Positions 24,181 to 36,990 of a DNA stretch of 64,000 nucleotides are shown piece by piece (positions within the stretch are counted from its first letter, which is position 1; each line of letters starts with the position of its first letter). The notes under the pieces are model-generated. The model ran no database searches, was not told the DNA's origin, and saw only the letters and a program-made list of their open reading frames with translations. The stretch is from the NCBI GenBank assembly GCA_965649765.1, contig OZ287750.1, forward strand, positions 59,954,001-60,018,000, written 5' to 3'. A program made the position numbers and the translations under genes. Source of the DNA: Bispira polyomma (lineage: Eukaryota).

Positions 24181-24460
24181 GTACCTCGTGGCTTAGTGGT
24201 TAGGTCGTTGATCAGAAGGTCCCAGGTTCGACCCCTGGTGCTGCCCACTAGTTTTATTGGTTAGATAACATCCTTGGGAAAGATGTGTACACTCATATTC
24301 CTATAGACTCGGATGACCACATAAAATGACGGTCGTCTGCCTATCCCCAGTGGCAAGCTAAGGACCATAGGGGATGTTGAAAATAGTCATCCTCAAGCCT
24401 CTCTCTTCAGTTAGGGAAATGACAGTAACTGATGCAGTTGACTATTACAGTCAGGAAAGG
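24181..24460 (+). mobile_element. tRNA-derived SINE (second family)
   Basis: A box TGGCTTAGTGG (24189), B box GGTTCGACCC (24225); related heads on the minus strand at about 25090-25185 and 32350-32458. Confidence 0.75.
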
Positions 24461-27400
24461 GTTAATGAGTGCTCTGAATTACCAGATTAAGGCAGATATA
24501 TACACATACAAAATAGTGTGCATGTATCATAACAAAACAGTTGACTCAGAAATTCTTCTATAAAACACATATTTATCTCCAAAACAGACACATGAATTGT
24601 TTATGAGAGACTCATATTATAATAAGAAAATCAAAAAGATTAAGAAGTCAAGAAATTTAGGGGTAGTGTTGCCGCAGTGGCAATATTTGGATCATGGAGT
24701 GGTTTCAGAATTGTGTTCCAGGTGAATAGCATGTTTTAATACTCACCATTTAATGTTTGCTTTACATTTTAATGTTCCCTTACCAGGCGAGGTGTACAAT
24801 AGGTCTTCCTCATATTTTCTTAATTATATGTCTAAAATAAAGAACTCAACTCAAGTTTTGCTTAATATTCTCCTACATATCTATCATTGTCTATCTAAAG
24901 GGGAAAACCTTATTATACATCTGAACAAAATGAAGTTAGCTTATATGTTAGTGTTTAACATCTATAACGCTTCTGTCGACATTCTCTGTGGTGCACATTT
25001 CAATCAAGGTCCAGAACAGATAGTCCTACAACAAACCATTGGTCGTCATCATCATTGGTAAGTATACATTCCCATCTGGCCCAAGGATATGGAATTCCCC
25101 GGAGTCAAACCAGGAACCTTTAGACCAACTCTGCAGCTGGGAGTTGAACGAGGGACCTTCTGATCACCCGACAAACTTCTAGGCCACAAAAATTAATTTG
25201 CTAAAAGCGATTAAAAACACAGATAGTGTACCATACTTGCTTTTACAAATGGTAAAAAACACTACCACTAAACACTTGCAGGATGATGTACTCTCAGACT
25301 GGTTCTGTCACCACAGCCATATATTCTAAAATATCTAAATAAAAACTACCAGATTGCTTCCAAATGCCAAATCCATAAAGTGACATAAGTGGCCTGCTAA
25401 AAGACCTAAACCAATTACAGCTAACGGTGGCAAGAAGATCCAGACCCCTCACATTAACAGGGGGTAGGGGAGGAGAGGGGAGGAGGGGAGGTTCCCTGGA
25501 CAAATCATATCTACCAATAAAGCCCCTCCAGTCTATGGGAGGGGAAGGCCCCTGATCTTTATTAACGATAGGACTTATTGATTCAATAAAAGGGGGTTGG
25601 CGGTGTTTTGGGCTGCTGTTATAGATGATAAAAAAAGCAGGGTGGGTTATAGTGGGGGGAGGGGGAGGGGTGAATTCTTAGGCTTGGCCTCTGTGTCCAT
25701 TGATTTGTGGTGGATTTCTTTCATTTATTAGCCAACAGGTGCAGAGGGAGTTTGCTCAATCTGAAGGCATTTCACGTCTCTCTGCCACTGACAATATTTA
25801 CAACTAAGATGCAAAAAACCCAAACTACAGAGTTTATTAATACACACGTTGAAGGTTAGAAGTTCATCTGTTTCCAGTAAAAACATTCAAAACTGATCTT
25901 ATATGTATGTGTTGTACTATGGTATAAAATCAGCTGTGTCAAATTTAAACAGATTATTAAAAACATAATTAGGTTAGACACACTATTTCTAGTGTCAGTA
26001 TCAACATATATTTGGAATGAAAGAACAGAACCCAAGAAGAAATTATCCTAATACACATGCAGTTGACATCTGTTTTATGCAGTCCTAAAACCTTGACTAT
26101 ATTAATTTACTGAAAATTGTTTCATCTTAATAGAATATTTTAGCAATAGTCAAGGTTACTGATATGGTAGAACCCTTCTCAAAATTTATCCAATCACAAT
26201 TGATATGTTGACCCTGTAGTCATAACAGATTGGAAATCTAGTGGAAAAGAAAGTCTGACATTGTAGAAATGCAGTAACTTATGAGAAGCTTATAACTTTA
26301 AATGCTTATATAAATATTTGTCACAGTAAAATTTGGTCTTGATACACTGAACCCTTTGAAAGTGAAGTAAGATATCACTGTTGTTCACATATTGGTGCAT
26401 AGAACAATAGACAATTGAGGAACATATTTCACAGATATTTGTCAAAACAATCAACTAAAAAAGGGTTCTTCTCTCTTTGCTGGAACATTGGTAGACCTGA
26501 ATCTAAGGGTTTATCCTTGTTCATCCTTGTTTGCTCTGTACTGTTCTCATGATAACAGTGTTTTATATTACTACCACTAAGGAATATCAAAGCAAAAAGT
26601 TAGATAAGGTACATCTATATTTTAAAGTATTTTAAGTAGATCATGGCCCAGGTTAAGGGTATATTGCATTAAATCAGGTATTTATATATATATAGTGTGT
26701 AACTATACTACTATCAGGATGAAAATCTGTGTAGTTCTTGCCCTGTGTATATATCCCCTCCTTAAAGGCACTGACATCTCTCACTTTCACGGGAACCTTT
26801 AAAAGAGACCATCATAGACTTTCTTGTGTGCAGATGATCCTGTGTTATTTGCCGAGTTTCTCTCTCTCTCCATGCCCATTGAGCATGAGTCTTTAAAAGA
26901 AGAGATGATAGGGATTGATTTCTGTATTAAATATCACTTTCGTTAAATAACTCAACCATGATTGGCAATTAGGGTGCCATTGCTGGCACCCCATTCATGG
27001 GAAATCAACATCTTGTGGAGATAAACTGTGTGTAAGTGGCTGCCCTTAAGGGAACAAGACATTGCTATCAAAGTTGTTAGAAGTGGCCGCTCTTGTCGTA
27101 GAAAGCCTAATTATTTTGTCTTTGCTTTTTGCTCTGCTTCTGCCTTATACTTTTGGAGGGTTATGATGAGCCTGAATTAATAACACACACTTAAATAAAA
27201 AATGTTTCACATGAAAGGAGTAGAGGAAGGGATGGGGACACAATGAGACCAGTACAAACATATCTAATGGATTTTGGCACTATACTCACTAGATAAACAC
27301 CAGGGTTGGTATTCTTGAATGTATACTCAGCTGAAAACTCATACTCGAGTCAAATCTGTATTATCTATATAACTCTGGATACAGTAAACATATATAAAGT

Positions 27401-30400
27401 CTGACTTCATATTTGGATTCAGTGTTGAAAGCTCTATTAAAATAAATGGTCACGAGGTATAGGTTATTTCCCTTAACACAATGATTTCCATGTAGCCTAT
27501 ATATATGAGCTGTGAGTATGAGTTTAAGCATGAGTTTATTTCAAGAATGCCAGCTAGGGATATCTTTATTCCCATCCTCTCCGTTCCCCTCCTTGTCATC
27601 ATATTTCCCCCCCCCTCCCCAGCAGAAGTCAAATGTTGACATGCCACCGTCACAGATGAAGATGGCAATTTAATGCATTTTCAACAGTTCCTCATGTTGT
27701 ATAACATGGCCAAAGCCATTAGGATGAGAGATTTAATGGCCTCAACTTTTCTTGATAACAACACACACACACAAACTAGGGAGTTTTTGTGTGTTTTTTG
27801 TGGTGGAAGTGGGGAATTAAGGGGAAATGACTCAGATGTTTGATGAAATAGGTCAAGCCTGTCTGGGCCAGTATGATGAATTATACCTTCTGGATCTTTA
27901 AACAGTTTTTACCTAAATTGATTTATTTTTTATATATATATTAATTTCTCGAACTAATGCCCATATTTTGACAAGAATTTTGAGTTATTTCCTGTCACTG
28001 TTTTCTTTTTCCCCATTTATTTACATGAATCACTGTGATGCATTAAAGAAGTCATGCCATAAATCTTCGATGAAATGCTAAATGATCAATTGCAGCATAG
28101 AAGCGGTTTTTAACATCCTGGGACTGTGTACAAGTATAAACAATTTTTTTACAACTGTAAACTCTTATTAATAGCAATTTTCCTCTGGTATGTTAGTATT
28201 TTGAAATACTAAAGTGTTCAATATGCAGAGCCTTTATTAGCATGATGCTTAGTTAGACCCAATATCTGTGCATCATATGTATTGGTTCACCTAAAACTCT
28301 TATTCTTTGAAACCTAAATCTTAGCTCATACATATTTACAAAATATGAGTAGTAAATATTTATGTTTTGCATGCTATTAAGTTTTAGCAATGAAAAACCA
28401 TTAAGATCAACCTGTTTTCATCGTAAGCAGAAGATAGTACATCCACTTTTCATAGACTGGGAACATCTCTCTCTCTCTCCCTCTCTGTCCATTGTTAAAA
28501 TTAGTACATACTACCTAATGTAGAGGCATACCATCACTAAACACTCAGCTTTTAAGTAACCTGATATGTGGACTTGTAATAACATTTACTATATCCCACC
28601 ATATAAGACCACTTCTTTGGCCTTTTTTAAAGTTCTTTCATTTCTTATTAGTTCCCCTACTGTAGACATACACACAGAATACTAAACCCCACACCACTTT
28701 GGTTTCACACACCGGTTAATAAAAATCCAATCTCGTAAGGCTAGCGTTTTCGATCCACATTCCCAGTGACATGCCAGAGAACTTCATTTTCTTTCTGGTT
28801 TCCCTTGGAAGTCCGTCTGATCGACAATCCATGACATTTTATTAGACCCAGGTGACTTCCTCTTAAGGACAGCAGCAAAAAAATTTATTCCTTCAGATCC
28901 TCACAAAAAAAAAGGAATTTGGTCATGGCTGAAACTCAAACCCAAACTTTTTCAAACATCTTCATCATTGCATATTTTTTTTCTGAGAATCAAAAGATTA
29001 GAAGTAACAGACAATTGTAGTAATATCTATTGGCTATTTATATTCAATGTTTGACTAAGTTTGTTGGAAACACATGGTTTACCAGTACGTGATGATGATG
29101 TTAAAGAAGACACATTTAAAGCAGAGGTTCAGTGTGAGAGGGTTAGTTTTTTAAGGTAATGGAGTGGGAGATATCAGACCTTCCACAATATGGTCACATG
29201 TGGTGTTAGTGGTGCCTGATGTTGGTTTATGGTAAAACTCCCTGGTTGACGACACACAGCTGGCCTGAGCTATAAAGAGGTTAGCATTCTCCAAACACAA
29301 TCTGCAGGACATTATCTCAACAACTACACACTGGTGACACCAATCTTAACAGTGTGTTTCGTTCTTGCTTTTTTAAAAGTCAATAGAACAAGAGATGTTA
29401 TATTTTTTAAGGTCAATTACACAGTTTGTTTACATTTTATTACCTGTTTAAGGGTGGACCGACAACATCAATTTGTTTCCATATAAATGCCAAAATTTAC
29501 AATTGACCTTTTTTGGCAAAAATCAGAAGGATGTTGACCTAAGGATAGGTATTTTATCCTTGTATAGAGTAGGTGGTGTTACACTGTTTAAAGTATAACT
29601 TTTAGGGTTCTTTATTCTAAAATATATATATCTTTAAACAGGTGTTTCTATAACACCTATCTGTTTAGGTATTTCTTTTAAAACAAAATGCCTCTAAGAT
29701 ATCTTACACTGTGATTATCAACCTTTCCACTCCAAAACCCAAACATCCTATCCCTTTAATATTTCAAGGTTTTTACTCAGCAATCCATTTTCTTAGATTC
29801 GAGTTTCAAACCTAGTTAGTAGCCCTGAGCAGGAGACTTGAGGACTGTAGCCAATCAATACCTGGACCCTGTCCACGGGTCATAGTTTCACAACAAAGCT
29901 TGAAGATAGCAACCCTCGTGGGGGAACCAACCAGCTTATCAAGTTTTTACCGTTTGAGACCCCAGCACTCTCCTAGGAACTCAGTTCTAATAAAGCATGA
30001 TTTATCAAATCTGGAGCGTGAATGATAAATTTTGATAGGGCTAATATAGGATAGGCAACTGTGGGAGTTTGTGTGGTGGGGGTGGCCAGCTACTGGGGAC
30101 AGGGGAAACATAAGGAGGATCTAGGTGAATAGTAAGTTGATTTGTACACACTACAACATAAGATACATCGAGGTCTGGGGACTGTTGGCAGAGATTCAAA
30201 GTGACTTGGAAGAGATGGAGTGGTTTGTGGAGATTACCCTACAATAATCCATGATGACAGGGTCTTCTGAAAAAAGGTCTGAGTCCTAAGACTGTGCTAA
30301 ACTACCCAGAAAGATAAGAATGGATGGTATGTTATGTCCACATTAACGTCGCATGCAACAACATCTGTATTATATTATTAAGACAGGCAGTTCCGCAAGT

Positions 30401-30615
30401 CCACTGCCAACTTTTCCCGCACACGTGTTATGGCGTAGGTTTTTACACATTGACTGAAGTAGTTGGAAACAAAAGTGGCATAGCCTTTACAACACAGAGG
30501 TCCCTTTTGGAGTTTTAAAGAACCCAAACCCTCAAAGTAACCTTGTTACATTCAATAGATTTTAATGTGATAATTAAGAGTATGATGCTGTTAAAAATAC
30601 CAGAAAACAAGATTT

Positions 30616-30840
30616 GGGAGTTGTGCTCTATAGTGGTTCTAAGCACCTGCTTTTAATATAACTAGCCTCTTACAGTTCTGGAACAGTGGTATCAAGTCTC
30701 TCAGCTTTTTTAATGTGAGAAGGTTTGCTAGTCATAGGTTGGTGACTTTCGGTACTAACATTTCTCCATAATAAATCTGGCCATCAAAATATGACCAAAG
30801 ATGTTAAAAGTGACATAAGAAAATTATTCAAATTCAAACA
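30616..30840 (+). mobile_element. Old tRNA-derived SINE
   Basis: TAGTGGTT.TAAGCACCTGCTT head, GTGAGAAGG core, TTCAAATTCAAA tail. Confidence 0.6.
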
Positions 30841-32349
30841 AAAACATTTCTTTACTTTACATGTACACACATTTTTTTCTCACATGGCAAAAAAGTTTCT
30901 TCACTCTTAAAATTGACAAAAAATACACATGATTCTACAAGGAATACTCTGTGACATCAGAACAAAACATTTAACATGCCACCTCAAGATGAATGCCTGT
31001 AAAAAAGACCCTGGCAGATGTGAGCTCTCATGTTTTGTGTTGATATTACCTTGTAAAAAAGCTGCAAAACTCTTGTGGTACTAGAGATTTGACTTTAATT
31101 GAACTGTTTGCCAGAGACTGGAGAATTGCTCAAAAGCATATCAATTATTAAAAAGAGCACATTATGTCCTTTCCCCATATTTTTACTCTTATATTTATTT
31201 TTCCTTAATACAGTTTAAGTCTAGTGAAAAGAGGTCCATATGGTTATAGGGTTTATTTATTTGGATGCTTTAATTGAAAGAAGATTTAAAGCCGGTGAAA
31301 AAGCATGCCCTGAACACTACTCTAAGAACAGATTTTTTTCTTTTTGCACTGACTTTTGGTATGTGAAGGATTGCACCAAATTGTATATTTAGTCTTTGTC
31401 TTAAGTTAGGAGAATGTCAACTTTGTCGAAGGTAACATGCGTTTATCTATAATAACAATTGTTTTGATGCATATATTTTTCATGAAATTTTTGTATTTTA
31501 TGGCAACTAAAGTATTTGTATTTGCTGAGAGAATACAGCAATTTCAAAGTTGACACACTGAAGAGGGTAACATTTTTTTTTTGTTGTAGTTCATGTGGCT
31601 ATGTTTCACCCAATGAAAATTCAGTATATATTTCACACGCATGCAAAGGGATCTTGAACTAAATATAAACATTTAAACTTAATTGCAGAGCTATTGTACC
31701 ACTTAGAAGGTAATTGTACTATTGGGTTTTGCACAATAGCTGTAGCAAGCAAGTAGCCACCTGGATTAATACTACTTTCAAATCTGTCTGTTAAAGATAC
31801 AGCTTTCTGGTGTATTTTGTTCTTCACATAATTAAACCACTGATACCATTTTTGAATGATAGCTACATTGTCTTAAAAGAAACCAAACTGCTTGTTCTTG
31901 TTGATTAAGACAATATACACAATATACAGGTTATCTTATCTAAAGGAGTTGGTAATGGTGTTAGTTAAGATGGAAATCAGTGGAAATCAACCTTTACATA
32001 TTTCTTGATCAAAAGGTTAACTATATATTTCCCTATTTAGAATAACATTTTGTTAGCAATACAAACAGAGATACTACTTATCAGAGAGATATTCACCATT
32101 TAATTCTGTCAGTGTGCCTTTATAGTTGGTACGCCCAGACTGATTTAGCACCACTCTATCAGAATGTTGTGTATGGCTTTGTATTAATATTATACTATGT
32201 ATATACCCTATTGGTCCATCATACTCTTTGACACTAATTCTCTGTAAGGGATAGTCATACAATACAGCCTTGATCATCATCAGTACGTAATGCCATGGTC
32301 ACATCTTGCCCAAAGCTGTTATCCCCGAATTAATCTTGAGGTATTAATG

Positions 32350-32458
32350 GCAGTCAAACTAGGGACCTTCTGATCACTAGACCACCTCCCCTCCAACTGG
32401 GAGGTGAACCCACGTCCATCTGATCACCTGACCAACTCCCTAACCACTAGACCATGGG
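32350..32458 (-). mobile_element. SINE head fragment(s), partly duplicated
   Basis: Reverse strand TGGTCTAGTGGTTAGGGAGTTGGTCAGGTGATCAGA...GGGTTCACCTCC. Confidence 0.55.
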
Positions 32459-35400
32459 ATTGGAAACCACTGTGCATGGTTAGGAAATACCTTTGTTACT
32501 GCAATATTAGACTCCACCAATGCAGTACTGTACAGTTTTAATCATTATCTTTTGCACAATAAAACAATTTTTAATGGTAGAAGTCTAAACATATTTTTTC
32601 CCTGCCAGCTTCTATATAGACAGGAGATCACTCGATATATCGGTGTAAATCTTCACAATAAAAAGCATATTCTCTTAAAGCAACCTTAGGCTAAAAAGTG
32701 TTTTCCCCAAATATTCCAAGTATATGAATGCTTATAGGTAAAGAAATAATGAAACACATGAAAATAATTTTTAAAAAAAACTATGGATAGAGATATTGAT
32801 AGATTTTCTTATGAGATGATCACCCCAAGCATTCTACTCCATAGTATTCTAAATTAGTTTAGAGAACACAAACTATCAGATAAAAAAAATAGAGCCCCCT
32901 TTTGTCCATCCAACCCCAGGCTTCTTCCTCTTCTGCCCCATTTCCTGTACCATCTGTGATCCAGTCGAGCCAAAGGTTTACGACACAATAAAGATTAATC
33001 CCAGTTTACATAAAATGCTCCAATTGCAGGGAGTGATTGGGTTAAAAGAGTATGTTGAGGAGGATGGGTGGAGGGGGCGGGGGATGGGGAAACTATTTTT
33101 TTGTTGTTTTTTGAAGAGTAGGGATCAATGTATAAAGAAAGCATGGGCATGGTTGGTGATGTGTTCTCTTTAAGGAGACCAAAGGGAAGCCAGCAGAGAG
33201 AGATAGGGACACAGAGAGACAGGGTTGGGTGTAGTACTAAATCAAAGTGAAAAAATCTATGGTGAGCATTTGTTGCTCTGCAATTGAGGCATGGGTGCAT
33301 CTCTTTCTCTTCTCTTGTGATATTCGGGGATTTTTTTAATTTTTTTAAATTTTTTTGCTATCCTTAAACAAAAGGGAGTTTTAGTTTTTATCTTTCTGTT
33401 GGGGGCTTGGAAAAGATATAGCCTTATCTATGATGTCTGAGAAGAAATATATCAATCCAAAACCATTGTTTTAGCTATAAAAACAATGTCCAGTGGTAAA
33501 ACAGTGAGTAGACTACTGAGTATATAATACATATAATGTTTAAACCTAAGCTTTCTCCTTTAAGCATTCCTATCAAAGTGTTGTCACCGCCCCACCCACT
33601 TCTTTTGATGGTTACCTAGACATAAAGGTATATATATATCATGAGTACTCTGCTTAAACTCAGTTACTTACCATTTAAGAACAATATTCATATGACAAAA
33701 AAATAAATACATTATTTATGTACAAGATTCTTGTATATATATTGTCAATGGGGAATTTTCAAAACAAACCACAATATTCAGAATTCTCCTTTCTTGTGAA
33801 GCATAACACAGTATAATAACCTCTCTCCTTGGACAAACAGACCAGTCTGTGTGAGCTTTAGACCCAGGTGGTATTATATTACATAAAATACTGTGTTCAT
33901 AAGTGGACCTCTTCTCCCAGGGGATTAAAGAACTAATTTACTATAATGCCTTTAAGGTGGTAAAAATCTATTCCCATTAAAAAAAATTTGAATTTTGATA
34001 AATTTTTCAACACCAAAAGTAAAAAAATAATTCCAATGTAATAGTAAAATTAGTGAAAAATTCTCGTCCAGTTGAAATTTTCACTTGTACAGTACTTAGC
34101 CCCCCTACTCCCCAGCTCCCCCCTCCTTTCCCAAATACCTTGGCAGGGCCAGCCCTCCAGACTCTAGTGTTCATTGAGGCGAGAGAGAGATGTCCTCTAC
34201 AGATTCCGGTGATACATCTTGTTTATCTCCCCCTTCCTTTCTCTCCCTCTCCCCCATCTTCTTCTTTACTTCTTTGTTTTAATAATCGACCCCTCCCCTA
34301 CCCCTTTCCTCTTACATCTTATCCCCTCTTTATACTACTACCCTTTCTCTTTAATATAAAAAAAAACTTTGCTAACAGTTCAATGGGGGCTATTGATCAA
34401 CATAAAAATGGATTTTACATTTATACATGGAGGGTATTTCTTTCAAACACATGTTTAGGTTAAATCTTAATGTAACTAACTTCTTCAATTTTAATCTCAA
34501 TATGGGGTGTGACCACGCTCAAGGTATTTACAACAATAAGCTTATTTGTATATATAAAATTTGAATATCACTTTTTGACCATAAACGTTTAATATTTTGG
34601 TCTTTTTCCTTAAGTTTAAACTTAAAGTTTTGAGAGTATTTTAAGACTGAAGCCTTTGTGTGAATACAAAGCTGGATATATTCGATATACATGTAATAAA
34701 CACAACATTTTAGTGTATTGTCTATATCATATGGAACCTGTTTGACTTCAAGATTGACTATTACTCAACTATGTGGCTACTTTTAGCCTCAACAGGATAT
34801 ACGATATATATGAGCACTAATCCAACCTTAGACACGGGATTCACCATTCTATTTTGTAAATAAAGGCCATTGAGAGCTTTTCAACTAATTTACAATTTTT
34901 AGTTTGATGGCACCTTCAATTTACTTCTTTTTAAAAAAGTTTTATGGCAGTAGTAAACCTAAAACATCACCATTTCAGTTTCTCAGTTCAGTGATGTCTT
35001 TCTCTGATGAGCTGTTTTTCTATCCCCCTCATTTACTCAGCCTACATCATCATCCATATCTGACAAAAGGGTTTAGAAGTCAGACATGCCCTGCATTCAG
35101 TTGAAACTGCAATTCTATCGGGGTCATCAGCATAAACTTGTGACAAACTGCCAGGAATCAATCTCGTCTATTTGTGCTGGAATACTCAGATTTGAACATG
35201 ATTGTATTGGATTTGATTGTGTAGTAATCAAGTCTATCCGGGCTTCTTATTGTTTATGTATGAATACAAAAAAACACAAAAAGGAAAAAAAAAACCCTGA
35301 GGACTTCGATCAGTCTTGGTCAAAAACAGCCTTTTTTCAGAGAAAAGTATTTAAGGAAGTGTTCTGCATGGAATCTTAGAGCTATGACAGCTGGAGAGCA

Positions 35401-35919
35401 TGAACTGAATTTTCTATAATTTTTAGTACTTTGCAAATATGAGCAATAGTTAAAATAGATAATAGGTTCATTAATTAAAATAGTACAATATATATTTTAT
35501 TTATTATATTGACAATTGTTTTGCTTGACATTCATACTTATATATATAGATACATTTTGTTGATAACACCCAGCCTTTAAGGCATATTAGTCATGTTACA
35601 ATTACAATAGAATTATACATTACTGGTGCATGTAATAGACAACAAACATGTATTTGACTAACTTTACTTTAACAAGACTAACACACAGATTTGTCTGTAT
35701 ACATATGTTACCTTTCATTTAGTTAAATATTAATTTATATTTCTTTTAGTTAAATATTAAGTTTTATTTTATTTTATAAGCATATTTTATGTAATTTTCC
35801 AAAGAAGAGTAGTGAACAGAAATTTCGGGTTTAAAATATTAATTATTTTGTACAATGCTTGTCCAGGTTTATAGTACTGGGGACAGGTAAACAAGTGTAA
35901 TTCATCCTGTATTTCATTC

Positions 35920-36169
35920 GGGGCCGCGGTGGCCTAGTGGTTAGCAAGCATTGCGCTTCACAATCACTGGTCTCTCACCTCTGGGCGGCGTGAGTTCGAA
36001 TCCCGTCGATGCCTATGTGGGAAAGGTGGTCGTTCCTTACTGTGGGCCGCTGGTTTCTCTGCAGAACCTTGACCGACTGTATGCAGTGTTTCCTCCAGCG
36101 TTTCCAACTACCCGTCCCTATATAACCTACTAAAAGGTACTAGAGTGGACATTAAATATCCAAATTCAA
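35920..36169 (+). mobile_element. Full-length tRNA-derived SINE with 16-bp TSD
   Basis: A box TGGCCTAGTGG, B box AGTTCGAATCC, CAAATTCAA tail; TSD ATCCT(G/C)TATTTCATTC at 35904-35919 and 36170-36185. Confidence 0.92.
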
Positions 36170-36759
36170 ATCCTCTATTTCATTCAACTCACATATTTGA
36201 CATTTTCTATCCTCTTTATTGGTATTAGAGTATCTATAATGTATGATCCTATCTTTTTTACATATAATTTGATCCAGCAAAAAAATATACATTGCTGAAA
36301 TAAATTTAGATTGTTAAGTAAACATATCAATATTTTAACGACTGTGTGGTAGATACAAGTGTTTTAATGCTCCGAGTCTCAGTTGGACCATAAACATCAG
36401 GCCAAAATTACAAAAGAACAAAAACAAGATAAAGGAAATTATGAGGTAACTTGTAAATGTCTTCAAACGTTTTGAATTAACTTGTCAACGTCTTTGAACT
36501 TTCTGTAGTGTGTATTCTTCTGCTAATTGGGGTCTATAATCCACAAGGTAGATTCGACTCTTGTCCTTAAGTTAAGGCCACAAGCTTTAAATTATGTGAA
36601 CTGTATGTGACTGGTTATTACACTGATGCCAACATTCAAGAGGTACATAAGCTTTAGGCCTTCAATCGAATGTTTGGCTAGGTTGAAGCAAAGGCCGCTA
36701 ACATGACCTGCTACTGACAAGAAACGTTTCAAAACTAATCAAGACGTATACTCCTCCGC

Positions 36760-36990
36760 CCGCCCCCTCAGTCACACACAAAAACCCTGACGAATGAGCT
36801 TTCATCCATGTAAGTTTAGAATGTTTCAAAACCTTCTTGACTGCTTGACTAATGCTTACGGATATCGACGAAGAGTTCTAAAGCGCTCCTAATGTTGGCC
36901 TACCTGAAACAAAGTTGAAACGTATAGTCCCTGATTGATATAAAGACGTTTGTGGTGAATTCGTAATGGCCAATCGTGTAAATGAGACCT
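36760..36990 (-). repeat. Inverted second copy of the 10842 repeat
   Basis: Reverse strand AGGTCTCATTTACACGATTGGCCATTACGAATTCACC. Confidence 0.65.

Noticed and set aside
24740-24830. Candidate first exon of the SUEL gene (donor-like gtgagt/gtaagg); also about 28510-28860
   Set aside because: No hydrophobic signal peptide in a compatible phase
34780-35400. Possible very old L1/Tx1 remnant (also LINE-like traces at about 41780-42250 and 52530-53050)
   Set aside because: Only isolated short motif resemblances; cannot support without a profile search
35920-36010. tRNA gene (also 24181-24245)
   Set aside because: A/B boxes present but no convincing cloverleaf; continues into SINE body with tail and TSD
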